The notes under the pieces were generated by a model. It saw only the letters and a program-made list of their open reading frames with translations. It was not told the DNA's origin and ran no database searches. A stretch of DNA of 64,000 bases from assembly GCA_045595285.1 (NCBI GenBank), contig JAZOAC010000135.1:23822-87821 (forward strand), written 5' to 3'. Shown here piece by piece: positions 37,533 to 46,967 of the stretch. The stretch comes from Kiritimatiellia bacterium (GTDB lineage Bacteria > Verrucomicrobiota > Kiritimatiellia > RFP12 > UBA1067). Both the position numbers and the translations under genes were made by a program. Numbering within the stretch: position 1 is the stretch's first letter; every line of letters starts with the position of its first letter.

Positions 37533-39152
37533 CTATCTCCAGGTCCCGTCACGCCGTATCTCCAGACCTCCCGTCGCACAGCGGAGCTCAAGATCGCTCG
37601 TCCACCAGTCGATGACCGCGGAGCAGAGCGCGTTGCGCGCCGAAAGAAGTGCGGATTCGGCCTCGAGGATGTCGCGCATGGAGCTCCGTCCCGACTGCAT
37701 GAACAAATCGTTCGCCTCGACGCGCATGCACGCAGTCCTGTACGCCTCGACCTTGTTTCCGTAGAGAGCGCGCATGGCGACAAGATCCCGGTATCCGGCA
37801 CGTACCTCGTTCTTGACATTGTCCTCGCTCTCCGTGTATTCTCGGATGGCCTGGTCGCGGGACACAAGCGCCTGCCTGTACTGATTGCGTTCGCGGCGGC
37901 GATCCCACGGCATAGAGAACTTGATTTTGGCGCGTGTATCGGTGGAATCCTGAACCGTATCACGTTTAGGATCACCGCCGTGGCGGTTACCGTTGTAAGA
38001 AGCTCCGCCCTCAATGGTCAAATCGGCTCGAAGAGCGTCCGCCTTGATCTTCACCTGACGCTCTGCATCCTCCGACTCGCCGCGGGCCACCGCCAGATCG
38101 CGTCGGCAGCGCACCGCAGAGATGAGAGCCTCGGACTCCATAGGATAGTTTGCGAGCGCGTCGTCCGTCGCGGCGGCCAGGGACTCCATGCGCTCCTCAA
38201 GGGCGCGCAGTTCCTCTGCCCGCAATTCCACCGGCGTCTCCGGCGGAAGGCCTAGCGTGATCTTGAAATTGTCCAGGGCATCCTGATAGCTCTGCTTGGT
38301 GGTGATCATGGTCTGCCTGGCGTTGAGAAGATCCGTCTTCGCCTGGTCGGTCTGGATGCGATCCATGCGGCCGGCCTCGAACATCATCTCCGCGCGGGAG
38401 TAGTTCTGCTCAAGGCGCTTCACGTTGTCGCCGGAGTTCAAGTGGTTCTGGTAGTATTTCAGCACGTTGAAATAGGCTTTCGCAAGAGACAGCGCGAACG
38501 TCTGCCGATAGCGCTCGAACGTCCAGATCGAATAGACGAGATTGCGCTCAGCCTGCGTGAGAGGCTCGCGCACAATGTCGCGCCCGGCGCCGCGCATCAG
38601 CGGGATGGACATAGTGATGTCGCCGGTCCACGCGAAGCTGTGCCAGTCGTCACGGATCATCTTCGCTATGTCGACGGCGGCATTGCCCGTCATCACGGCG
38701 CCCTGCTCGAACTTCCGCCTTGCGAGGCTCGAATCGCCGCCCGCCGAGACGGACTCCTTGACTATCTCGGGTTCGCCTGACAGGGCCCCCAGTATCATGC
38801 CCGAAAACGTGGTGGAGAAGGCGTACTCCTCGGAATCCAGCGAGAGCGCACGGACGAAAACCGTCTCCTTGTGCCTGCGGAACTGGCGGTTGTTCTTCGC
38901 CCCCACGCGCAATGCGTCGTCAAGGGAAAGCCGGACGATTCCGTTCGTGTCCGGAACGAGCGGAGCGATCGGATCTCCCTCGTAGGCTATGCCGAAGATG
39001 TTCGTGACGCCCATCGCCTTCTCCCACGCGGCGATGGCGAGCCGGTCGGCGGCATTGTCCGCATCCCTCTCCGCCTTCTCCGGGGTCATGCACCCCGCCA
39101 AAGCCAGAAGCACCGCCATTGCGGGCGCAACGACAGAGGACGCCGACGGCAT
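37533..39152 (-). CDS. TolC-family outer-membrane efflux protein (lipoprotein form)
   Basis: The ATG at 39152 gives MPSASSVVAPAMAVLLALAGC (lipobox). Two OEP-type helical repeats. Confidence 0.8.
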   Translation of the reverse strand: MPSASSVVAPAMAVLLALAGCMTPEKAERDADNAADRLAIAAWEKAMGVTNIFGIAYEGDPIAPLVPDTNGIVRLSLDDALRVGAKNNRQFRRHKETVFVRALSLDSEEYAFSTTFSGMILGALSGEPEIVKESVSAGGDSSLARRKFEQGAVMTGNAAVDIAKMIRDDWHSFAWTGDITMSIPLMRGAGRDIVREPLTQAERNLVYSIWTFERYRQTFALSLAKAYFNVLKYYQNHLNSGDNVKRLEQNYSRAEMMFEAGRMDRIQTDQAKTDLLNARQTMITTKQSYQDALDNFKITLGLPPETPVELRAEELRALEERMESLAAATDDALANYPMESEALISAVRCRRDLAVARGESEDAERQVKIKADALRADLTIEGGASYNGNRHGGDPKRDTVQDSTDTRAKIKFSMPWDRRRERNQYRQALVSRDQAIREYTESEDNVKNEVRAGYRDLVAMRALYGNKVEAYRTACMRVEANDLFMQSGRSSMRDILEAESALLSARNALCSAVIDWWTSDLELRCATGGLEIRRDGTWR

Positions 39153-39318
39153 CAATCCGCCGGGGCCATCTGTTTTTTCTCTCAGAAATGTGTTTCCTCT
39201 AAACATTGTCTGCATGCACAACCACACAAAAATACGGTCCACATTTTACCATAAAATCAATGTCGCACGATTATCTGAAGGACCCTTGCATGTTTCTCGT
39301 TTGCGCCTTCAAAATCCC

Positions 39319-39336
39319 GTGCTGAAAACTCAGCAC
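39319..39336 (-). terminator. weak hairpin overlapping the nudix stop codon
   Basis: Minus strand reads GTGCTGA-GTTT-TCAGCAC followed by GGGATTTTGAAGG. The stem is 7 bp and the T-tract is short and interrupted. Confidence 0.2.
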
Positions 39337-39767
39337 TTGAAGTATACGTCCGGCCAACCAGAAAGCGCACGGAATCCTTCCGGAAGAAGGTTTGCCGATT
39401 CAAGATCATCCATGTCCTGCCACACGAACTCAATCCAGTCTTCGCACGACTTCAATCCATCCGCATCCACACCGTCGGCGAGCTTGAGTTCATAGACGAG
39501 ATTTATCTCTGCATGCGGCCTGCCGTTCTGGATGAACGAATTCTCAAGTACCCCCAGAAAAGAGCCTGTCGACGAATCGACGCCTAGCTCCTCCTTCACC
39601 TCGCGGACTAGCGCGGCGCGTCCTGTTTCGCCGAACTCGATGTGACCGCCCGGAAGGTATGTAGATCCGCCGCCCTTGGCCCGGCAGAGGAGCAGTCTTC
39701 CATCCTTCACGCACACACCGCGCGCGATCGTCTCAATTCCGGCCAGTTCATATTCCTTGCGAACCAT
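39330..39767 (-). CDS. NUDIX hydrolase
   Basis: Nudix box GGHIEFGETGRAALVREVKEELG. The ATG at 39767 lies 2 nt after the lpxB stop. Confidence 0.8.
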   Translation of the reverse strand: MVRKEYELAGIETIARGVCVKDGRLLLCRAKGGGSTYLPGGHIEFGETGRAALVREVKEELGVDSSTGSFLGVLENSFIQNGRPHAEINLVYELKLADGVDADGLKSCEDWIEFVWQDMDDLESANLLPEGFRALSGWPDVYFKC

Positions 39768-39769
39768 CT

Positions 39770-40909
39770 TCAGCCCCTCCCCCCTGCGCACGAAATTATC
39801 TCTTCCGCCGCAATGGCGAGCGGATCTCCATCCGTCTGGAGATATCCCATCGCCATGTCAAGTCTCTTTGCCGCCTCATTGCGCAGCGATACGTCCGCAA
39901 GCCAACGCTCCAGCTGCAGCGCTACCGCATCAGGCGTGAAATCTTCCTGCAGGAGCTCCGGCATGGGCGGTTCGAATCCACACTTCTCCGCCACTACATT
40001 GGCGAGCCCGACATGTTTCACGCCTTTTATCACACGCCTTGCGAACCATGCAAGAAACGGACCTACCGCATACACCAGCACAGTCGGACAGCGCACAAGC
40101 GCCGCCTCGAGCGTGGCTGTGCCGCTCGCAACCGCCGCACAGTCCGCAATACGAAGAAGATCACGGGCCTTCCCCTTCTGCAGTTCGATTGGCGGCAGCC
40201 CGTCAAACCTCCCCATGATGCGTCGTATCTCGCGCTCTGCCGCCGTATTTGCGGCTGGGATGCAGACGCGAAGAAAAAGCGGCTCAGAGCGCTTTTTGCC
40301 GACGAGCATCTTCAAGGCTTGAAGAAGACGTGGCAGTATGCGCTGTATCTCGCCAATGCGGGAGCCGGGAAGCAGCGCAATGGTCTTCATCCCCCTGACC
40401 ATGTCTCCCGCCAAAGAAGTGGCGGACTGCTCCCGCTCGACGACCTTCACGAGAGGATGTCCGATAAACCTAGCGTCCAGACCGGTCCCGTCAAAAAGCT
40501 TCGGCTCAAAAGGGAAGAAGCAAAGAAGCTTTGTCAATGCGGCGGCAACCTTTGGAACACGTCCCCGGTGCCATGCCCATACCTGCGGACACACCATATG
40601 GACTGACGGTATCCCAAGCCCTTTGGCGAAGGCCCCCAACTTGAGATTGAGCCCGGGATAATCCACCGTGGCGACAACATCCGGACGCCATTCTCGTATA
40701 GCCCTCTTCATCGTGCGCGCAACGCCAAGAAAATAGAACAGTCTGCGCAGGACGGGCCAGAATCCCATCACGGCAAGATCCGCCGTCTTGAATCCGTAAT
40801 CGCCGTAGCCGCGGATATCCGCACCGGCCGCACGCAGATGCTCCGCAAGCCGTTCGGCATACAGAACACCGGACTCCTCTCCGGCCAACAGCAATACCTT
40901 AAATTTCAT
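39770..40909 (-). CDS. lpxB: lipid-A-disaccharide synthase
   Basis: The ATG at 40909 gives MKFKVLLLAGEESGVLYAERLAEHL. GT19-like layout (VDYPGLNLKL, LLPGSRIGEI, SGTATLEAAL). Confidence 0.9.
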   Translation of the reverse strand: MKFKVLLLAGEESGVLYAERLAEHLRAAGADIRGYGDYGFKTADLAVMGFWPVLRRLFYFLGVARTMKRAIREWRPDVVATVDYPGLNLKLGAFAKGLGIPSVHMVCPQVWAWHRGRVPKVAAALTKLLCFFPFEPKLFDGTGLDARFIGHPLVKVVEREQSATSLAGDMVRGMKTIALLPGSRIGEIQRILPRLLQALKMLVGKKRSEPLFLRVCIPAANTAAEREIRRIMGRFDGLPPIELQKGKARDLLRIADCAAVASGTATLEAALVRCPTVLVYAVGPFLAWFARRVIKGVKHVGLANVVAEKCGFEPPMPELLQEDFTPDAVALQLERWLADVSLRNEAAKRLDMAMGYLQTDGDPLAIAAEEIISCAGGRG

Positions 40910-40946
40910 CGCCGCAATTATACCACATTTCGCAATGCCGAAGACA

Positions 40947-41627
40947 CTATCCGTTGAAACACCCGCCCTGGTTGCGCTCAAATGCAAGACAGCATTTGAA
41001 ACGGCCGCAGGTTCCGTTCATGAGTGACGGCAATGAATTCGACGTGCGCCTGTCCGGCGCCAGTTTGGACGGATAGCGTCTCTGCCAGCTGCAACAGCAG
41101 CAGACGCGTCCGCACGGTCCCAGACCGCCTATTTCCGAGACCTCGTCGCGCGGTCCCATCGCCCAAAGGCTGACCTCGACGGCGAACTGGCGCCTCAGCG
41201 CTTCCTGCGCCGCCGAAAGGTCGATCTTCAACTGATCCGCCGCATAGCGGAGAAAAAGCTTCTTTCTGCCGAATGAAAGCCTTGCGACTGGTATGCGAAT
41301 GTCCGGCGCAGCATCCTTCGCGAAAGAGAGGAACGCGTTCCTCATGGCGGCGGCCAAGGTGTCATTCTCCGCCAACGTCTTCTCGTCCTGTTCGTCCAGA
41401 GGTCGAACGATGCGGAAACCGGGGATCCTGTCACCATGAACGGACGGAACGTATGGTCTAACGCCGAACACCCTGCCTACATCCTCACCGTAGTCCAGTG
41501 CGACAATGAAACGTCCGCCTACGCCCTCCCCGACCACGCCTGAAGACACAAGCCGATCATCCACCCTGACGGTGAACACGCCCCTTTCTGGCATGAGCAC
41601 CTGCGCTACGAGAATTTCACTTTCCAT
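40947..41627 (-). CDS. PSP1 C-terminal domain protein (RicT/YaaT-like)
   Basis: 226 aa. Cys-rich PSP1 signature CGRVCCCCSW ... GTCGRFKCCLAFE. Confidence 0.75.
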   Translation of the reverse strand: MESEILVAQVLMPERGVFTVRVDDRLVSSGVVGEGVGGRFIVALDYGEDVGRVFGVRPYVPSVHGDRIPGFRIVRPLDEQDEKTLAENDTLAAAMRNAFLSFAKDAAPDIRIPVARLSFGRKKLFLRYAADQLKIDLSAAQEALRRQFAVEVSLWAMGPRDEVSEIGGLGPCGRVCCCCSWQRRYPSKLAPDRRTSNSLPSLMNGTCGRFKCCLAFERNQGGCFNG

Positions 41628-41658
41628 CCGCCATTCTCCATCTTCTCAATCAGAGGCA

Positions 41659-42384
41659 TCATTGCATGACATGGGCTTCCCCTGCGGATATCGCCTCCCC
41701 CGCGACATCAAGCATCCCGTCACGCCGTATCCCGCCGCATCTGCCAGACGCAGGCTCGCCGTCATCATCAGTGCGACGCACTGCAACATGGAGCCCCTTC
41801 AGACAATCGAACTCCGTCAGACGCGGCAAAAGCGACGGAAAGCCAGCCATGCGCCATCGGGCAACATTCTCCGCAAGGACGGACAGAACCGCATCCCGTA
41901 CATCATCGACATTCAGAGCCTCACCGGTCTCAAGTCTCACAGATGTCGCACGGTCCGATATCTCGGGAGCAAAGACGGTCTGGTTGACGTTCACGCCGAT
42001 ACCGACAATGACACTGTCACCATTGCGTTCGCAGAGGATTCCGCAGATCTTGCGTCCGGCGACAAGGACATCATTTGGCCACTTGACCTTCACGCCGGAG
42101 CAGAGCGGATCCGCACCATTGGAAGTGAAGATTCCGCATACCGCCTCGGCGACGGAGAGCCCTGCGACCAGCGGGAGAGTCACGACCTCATGCGGCGGCA
42201 TGTCGGCGACATCCACAACCGCGGACATCATGAGATTCTCTCCCGGCGGAGAAAGCCATTTGTGGTCAAGCCGTCCACGACCGGCGGTCTGCATCCCCGC
42301 AGTAAAGACATCGCCCGGCTTTCCGCCGAGCGCATCCCTGTTTGTGGATTCCGTTACGGCGCTATGCCGTATCCGCCAGTCCAT
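41659..42384 (-). CDS. birA: biotin--[acetyl-CoA-carboxylase] ligase (class I, no HTH)
   Basis: 241 aa. GRGRLDHKWLSPPGENLMMS and KWPNDVLV motifs. Confidence 0.85.
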   Translation of the reverse strand: MDWRIRHSAVTESTNRDALGGKPGDVFTAGMQTAGRGRLDHKWLSPPGENLMMSAVVDVADMPPHEVVTLPLVAGLSVAEAVCGIFTSNGADPLCSGVKVKWPNDVLVAGRKICGILCERNGDSVIVGIGVNVNQTVFAPEISDRATSVRLETGEALNVDDVRDAVLSVLAENVARWRMAGFPSLLPRLTEFDCLKGLHVAVRRTDDDGEPASGRCGGIRRDGMLDVAGEAISAGEAHVMQ

Positions 42385-42395
42385 ATCGATGGATC

Positions 42396-43175
42396 CTATT
42401 TGCCGATGATGGGTGCAAGCGCCTCCATCCAGATGTCGTATCCTGCGGCGGTCGGATGTATCTCATCGCGCATGATGGACTTCGGCACCCAGCCGGACGC
42501 ATCGACAAGCCTGTCGTTGAAATCGATCCAGATGATCTTTCCGTCCTTTTCCGCAAACTGTTTGAGAAGCGCGTTAGTCTTGCTGTTTCGGACGCTTGCT
42601 TCCGCGTGGCGGACAGACTGAGCCGAATTGCCGCGCGGGAAGATCGGATGTAGGATGATCTTGGCGTTCGGCTGCTTTTCGCGGATCTTCGAGACGATCA
42701 GCTCGATGGCGCCGGCGACATTCTCCGGCTTCGAGGTCTTGGACGAATTGTTGTTCGTGCCGATCATGAGCACGATGCACTTCGCCTCGTAGCCGTCGAG
42801 TTCGCCGTGGGCGATGCGCCAGAGGACATGCTGCGTACGGTCTCCGCCGTAGCCGAGATTGAGGACCGTGCGGTTTGCGGTGAACTTCTTCCAGCTTTGG
42901 GGATGCTTCCACTCCCAGAAATGCATGATGGAGTCTCCGAGAAGCACAACATCGACGGACTTGCCCCTGAACTTCTCAATCTCCATATGGCGGCTGAGAA
43001 AACGGTTCGCCCACCAGTGCGCACCGAAAAGCCCCGGCTCGCGCTTCTTGTCTTTCGTCAGGTTTCCGACGCGGGATTCCGGCGTCGTCTCGACGGTCAC
43101 GCCCGACTTGCCCTGTGCGCTTCCCGCAACCACAAATGCCGCAGCAACGGCAACGATCAATGTCTTCACGATCAT
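42396..43175 (-). CDS. SGNH/GDSL esterase (PAF-acetylhydrolase-Ib-like / sugar O-acetylesterase-like)
   Basis: The ATG at 43175 (AAGGAG upstream) gives the signal peptide MIVKTLIVAVAAAFVVAGSAQG. The four SGNH blocks are LLGDSI, GYGGDRTQHVLWRI, IGTNN, DEIHP. Confidence 0.8.
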   Translation of the reverse strand: MIVKTLIVAVAAAFVVAGSAQGKSGVTVETTPESRVGNLTKDKKREPGLFGAHWWANRFLSRHMEIEKFRGKSVDVVLLGDSIMHFWEWKHPQSWKKFTANRTVLNLGYGGDRTQHVLWRIAHGELDGYEAKCIVLMIGTNNNSSKTSKPENVAGAIELIVSKIREKQPNAKIILHPIFPRGNSAQSVRHAEASVRNSKTNALLKQFAEKDGKIIWIDFNDRLVDASGWVPKSIMRDEIHPTAAGYDIWMEALAPIIGK

Positions 43176-43341
43176 TTCTGACTGTCTCCTTTTTTGAAAC
43201 CTCAATGTTATGCCGCCCTGATAATTCTTCACACCATATGGGCAGCAATCTCTTGCTATGCCGCCAATTATATCACAACTAGACTCCCCAAAGTCACTTA
43301 ACTGCACAAAATACAGAGACGGCAAATGCCCGGCGGAATGG

Positions 43342-44298
43342 TCACACCTCCACCACGCCTTTCCTGTACGGACCGATCGTGGTAGCTGCTGCGGCGGCGC
43401 TGAGACCTGCGCCAAACCCGGCAAACAGCACGGGGGTACGCACTGATTCCGTCAGTACGGCATCGATTCCATCTGCCATCGTGAGCGCCGCCGAACAGGA
43501 ACCGGTGTTCGCATACTTCGCGCCGCTTCCGAAAACACGTTCCTTCAATCCAAGCGCATCCGAAAGCTGGCGCACCATGTACATGTTCGCCTGATGCGGC
43601 ACAAATGCAGGGTCTGTCCCCACAAGAAGTTCAGATGACTGAATGAAGGACGCAAGAAATTTCCTGACAGGCCCGGCGACAAAGCGGAACACTCCAAAAC
43701 CATCCATGTGAATGGATTCGCGGCAGCGAAGTGCGTCAGCACCGGAACCGTCCGTATGGAATCCGAAATCCCAGACACCATCGCCAGGCGCAAGCAGAGT
43801 GGCCGACGCGCCGTCACCCATCACCGCAAGCGTATTCGGGTCGGTCCGATCCGTCCATGCACTCTGCACGTCGCCATCGACAAGCAGCACTTTCCTGTCC
43901 GTTGCGCGCACAAGCTGAGCGGCGGAGTAGAGTCCGTATATCCAGCCGCTGCACGCCATCGAAATGTCGTATGCTACCGTGCCGGTCGAGAGTCCAAGCT
44001 CATGCTGGAGACGGGAGGAAAGGGCCGGGAAGCGGTCGCGGTTCGAGAAACTCACCGCTATCACGCCGCCGACATCCGCAGGGTCTGTCCCCTCAAGCGC
44101 GCATTTCGTCGCCGGAAGCGCCAGATCGATGACGTCCTGACCTTCTGCGGCGACACGCCTGGTCGTGAACCCGGTGGCCCTCACGATCCCTTCGGCCTTT
44201 TCGGCTCCGACCAGTCCCGCGAGTTCGGCAAGGCTGTCCACGGCGTTCGCCGGAACACCGCCAAACACTGCCTCGATATCAACGCCTTCAATTCTCAT
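43342..44298 (-). CDS. 3-oxoacyl-ACP synthase III-like (FabH/KAS III family)
   Basis: The ATG at 44298 gives MRIEGVDIEAV. Catalytic triad contexts: ISMACSGWIYGL (Cys), VPHQANMYM (His), YANTGSCS (Asn). Confidence 0.8.
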   Translation of the reverse strand: MRIEGVDIEAVFGGVPANAVDSLAELAGLVGAEKAEGIVRATGFTTRRVAAEGQDVIDLALPATKCALEGTDPADVGGVIAVSFSNRDRFPALSSRLQHELGLSTGTVAYDISMACSGWIYGLYSAAQLVRATDRKVLLVDGDVQSAWTDRTDPNTLAVMGDGASATLLAPGDGVWDFGFHTDGSGADALRCRESIHMDGFGVFRFVAGPVRKFLASFIQSSELLVGTDPAFVPHQANMYMVRQLSDALGLKERVFGSGAKYANTGSCSAALTMADGIDAVLTESVRTPVLFAGFGAGLSAAAAATTIGPYRKGVVEV

Positions 44299-44839
44299 GC
44301 GACACCGTCTTGACAGTAAACTCATACCCATACACCGCATTGCGGAAGTACACGTCGCCGCCGGGGAGAATCTGGCGCACGGACTGGAGTTCGCCCCGCT
44401 TCACGTCAAATACCGTGCGCCGTTTCCCGTCTGCTGTTTCATCGACGCGATACCCGTCGCCCAATGCCTTTGCGAGCGCATCGGTCGGCAAGGTGACAAG
44501 CGCAATATCGAAAATCACGTATTCGGGATCGAGCGAGGACGGCAGCTGCGGAGCGCGTTCCCAACGGATTGTCCGGGGCTTCGCTATCGTGAGCGTTGCG
44601 AGACGCATCTGCGGCGCAAGGAGAACAGCCGTCAACTTTTCTCCGTTTCCCTTGAGGACACATTCCGCGGCGAACGCCTCATCCTTCCATGCGCCGTTCA
44701 CGGACTGGACCGTCACGCCCTTCACGCCTGCAAGCAGAGCCTCGGCGATATCCGGATTGTCGGGGTCCTCCCGCACGACCACAGTCGCACAGCCGCAGCA
44801 AAGTGCCAGAAGCGCGCATACGCTCAACAACCGGCGCAT
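44288..44839 (-). CDS. small lipoprotein of unknown function
   Basis: The ATG at 44839 gives MRRLLSVCALLALCCGC (lipobox). 183 aa. Overlaps the KAS III start by 11 nt. Confidence 0.55.
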   Translation of the reverse strand: MRRLLSVCALLALCCGCATVVVREDPDNPDIAEALLAGVKGVTVQSVNGAWKDEAFAAECVLKGNGEKLTAVLLAPQMRLATLTIAKPRTIRWERAPQLPSSLDPEYVIFDIALVTLPTDALAKALGDGYRVDETADGKRRTVFDVKRGELQSVRQILPGGDVYFRNAVYGYEFTVKTVSHEN

Positions 44840-44844
44840 ACCGT

Positions 44845-46674
44845 TCACACCCGCTTTCTGACGGCGATCAGGCACACGGCGAACGACACTGCGACGAACG
44901 CCAGCGCGCAAATCCTGTGCGCCCAGAGAAGAAACTCCTGTCCGTCGCTTCCGAACACCGACATCATCGGCATCACGGCGGTGAACACCGTTGCGGCGGC
45001 GAGCACCAGCCAGAACGTCCACGCCACGGCCGACACAGGACACGCCGTACGGTCACCGTGCCGAAGGACCGCCATCACCGCAACCGCCGCCGCCAAAGCG
45101 CCGCCCGCGACCATGTGGAGCATCAGCCACCACCAGGTCATTCCGCCGAAATACCAGCCCGCTACTCCAGACGCGGCAAGGTAGAGAGCGGCAAGTACGA
45201 ATCCGGCATCGACGATCCACTTGAATGCGCCCCAGAGGAAATGCGTGGTGGAACCGGAAACCTTTGAGGAGACTCGGTTTATCGCATGTGCGGCGCCTGC
45301 GGCGACAAATAGGCAGAGAAGCGCAAACACGCACCAGAGCACAACCTTGAACATCGGCCTTCCAAGGAAAGCAAGGTTGAATGCGCTGAAATACACAGGG
45401 TCGTCGTATCCATCGAAGAAATCGCTCTTGATTGAATGGCACGCGGCGCAACGGTCAGGAGCGGCGCCCCTCGCCATGCGTGCGGGCTTCACGTCATGGG
45501 CGAACGCCCAATACACGTAATTCGATCCCTCTAGCGCGGCACGACGGCAAAGCTCAACCTGTCCTTCGGCATTCTTGCGGACGAACGGCTCCTCGATGAA
45601 CGGAAGATCCGTCGCCCACTGCGCACGGCCGTAGATGCCGATGCGGTTGGCGCGCATTGTACGGATCTGGGCGCGCCTGCCATCCTTCGTGACACCTGAA
45701 TGGCAGACGGCGCAGGAAAGCTTCTTGAAGTGCACAAGCGGGATTCCGGCGTGATCCGGCTTCGGTCCCTCGCCATTCTTGTCCATGTGGCAGGATGCGC
45801 AGCTCTTCGTCTCAACGCGATGCTTCATGCCGTTCTGGTGGCAGTCGACGCAGCGCATTCCGCGCTGAAGATGCACGTCAACGGTCATCCCCTTCGAACC
45901 GGCGCCGGCCTCGGCGACGGAATGGCACGCAAGGCAGTTCTCGTTTCTGGGCTTGCCCACGCGGAACGTTGCACGGCCCTTGTCGTCGTACTTCGCCGGT
46001 TCATACGTGATGTTCTCAGGAACCTTGAAGAGATGGTCGTCAGGGTTTTCGGCGATGTGCGGATCCCAAGCGGCGTCAAGACGCTCGTTCATGCCGTCCA
46101 CGCGCGCATATCCAGCCGCGGCGATGGCGGCGCCGCTCCAGTTCTCGCGCAGGACCTGCTTTGCCCATTCGCTCACATCGTAGTCATCCTGCGAATGGCA
46201 GGCAAGACAGTTCATTTCAAGCGCACCGGTCACGAACCAGCGCTGACGGTCACCAGCCGCCTCGGACATTGCGACAGGGCACGAGGCGAGTCCACCGCCT
46301 GGGAACGCCCAACCAAAAGTCTTCGTCCATTCCCAGGCCGAAAGTCCACCGCGGTCGGCAAGCGAGACCGTGCGGCAGGCACCGTTTGTGGAGCAGAGGA
46401 ACCAAGGTTCGCGGTTCACCTTGTTCACCACGTCGTTAGTGCCGCCGGAGCGGAAGTGCGATCCGCCGCGCATCTTACCGACATCATGGCACTGCGCACA
46501 GGTCTTCTCCTGCGACATGGCAGCGGGCATGCGCGCGCGAACGGACACTTTGTCCCCTTCGCGGTCCACAGGCACAAAACGATGCACGGGTACCGTACGG
46601 CCCCCGTTGAACTCACTGGCCAGTGCTGCAAGCGAAAAGGCCAGCGCTGTCAAAAACGCTGATGTACTCTTCAT
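44845..46674 (-). CDS. heptahaem c-type cytochrome fused to a C-terminal 5-TM, His-rich membrane domain
   Basis: 609 aa. Signal peptide MKSTSAFLTALAFSLAALA. Seven CxxCH motifs: CAQCH, CLACH, CLACH, CVDCH, CASCH, CAVCH, CAACH. The last about 170 aa form 5 hydrophobic helices carrying conserved-looking His residues. Confidence 0.85.
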   Translation of the reverse strand: MKSTSAFLTALAFSLAALASEFNGGRTVPVHRFVPVDREGDKVSVRARMPAAMSQEKTCAQCHDVGKMRGGSHFRSGGTNDVVNKVNREPWFLCSTNGACRTVSLADRGGLSAWEWTKTFGWAFPGGGLASCPVAMSEAAGDRQRWFVTGALEMNCLACHSQDDYDVSEWAKQVLRENWSGAAIAAAGYARVDGMNERLDAAWDPHIAENPDDHLFKVPENITYEPAKYDDKGRATFRVGKPRNENCLACHSVAEAGAGSKGMTVDVHLQRGMRCVDCHQNGMKHRVETKSCASCHMDKNGEGPKPDHAGIPLVHFKKLSCAVCHSGVTKDGRRAQIRTMRANRIGIYGRAQWATDLPFIEEPFVRKNAEGQVELCRRAALEGSNYVYWAFAHDVKPARMARGAAPDRCAACHSIKSDFFDGYDDPVYFSAFNLAFLGRPMFKVVLWCVFALLCLFVAAGAAHAINRVSSKVSGSTTHFLWGAFKWIVDAGFVLAALYLAASGVAGWYFGGMTWWWLMLHMVAGGALAAAVAVMAVLRHGDRTACPVSAVAWTFWLVLAAATVFTAVMPMMSVFGSDGQEFLLWAHRICALAFVAVSFAVCLIAVRKRV

Positions 46675-46712
46675 AAAACGGAAAATGGAATACCTGTCAT
46701 GAAATGATGGAG

Positions 46713-46721
46713 ATTATACCA
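46713..46721 (-). promoter_or_regulatory. candidate extended -10 promoter TGGTATAAT upstream of the cytochrome gene
   Basis: Minus strand reads GAATTATGGTATAATCTCC, about 40 nt upstream of ATG 46674. The same nonamer occurs upstream of lysS. Confidence 0.3.
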
Positions 46722-46952
46722 TAATTCACCGATTCTCCATTGGACAATCTGGATGATTCATGACACAAGGCAACACCTCCCCATAACGTCTCGAAATCGC
46801 GCAGGTGAGCATGTAGCCCTTTCCTACACTTTCTACACTTCTTGCCTGCAACTTGATTTAAATTTAGATTTTTGCTTTCGCTACTTGGAGTTTTGGAGAT
46901 TCGGTGTTTAGGAGAGTTTTCAGAATCTATTCTCCCTATCTTCCAGTCTCCA

Positions 46953-46967
46953 AATCTCCCGGAGATT
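46953..46967. promoter_or_regulatory. perfect 15-bp palindrome AATCTCC-C-GGAGATT in the 325-bp holB-cytochrome intergenic region
   Basis: Read directly. The half-site GGAGATTCG also occurs at 46895-46903. Confidence 0.25.

Noticed and set aside
36002-38014. Over-long N-terminal extensions in the ORF track. Examples: 36002..38014, 37533..39242, 39770..40987, 42396..43424, 44288..45043, 47854..48621, 20300..21394, 21292..22173.
   Set aside because: The extensions overlap the upstream gene and are Arg-rich. They precede an internal ATG that yields a proper signal peptide, lipobox or family N-terminus, often with an RBS or an ATGA overlap. The trimmed starts were used instead.
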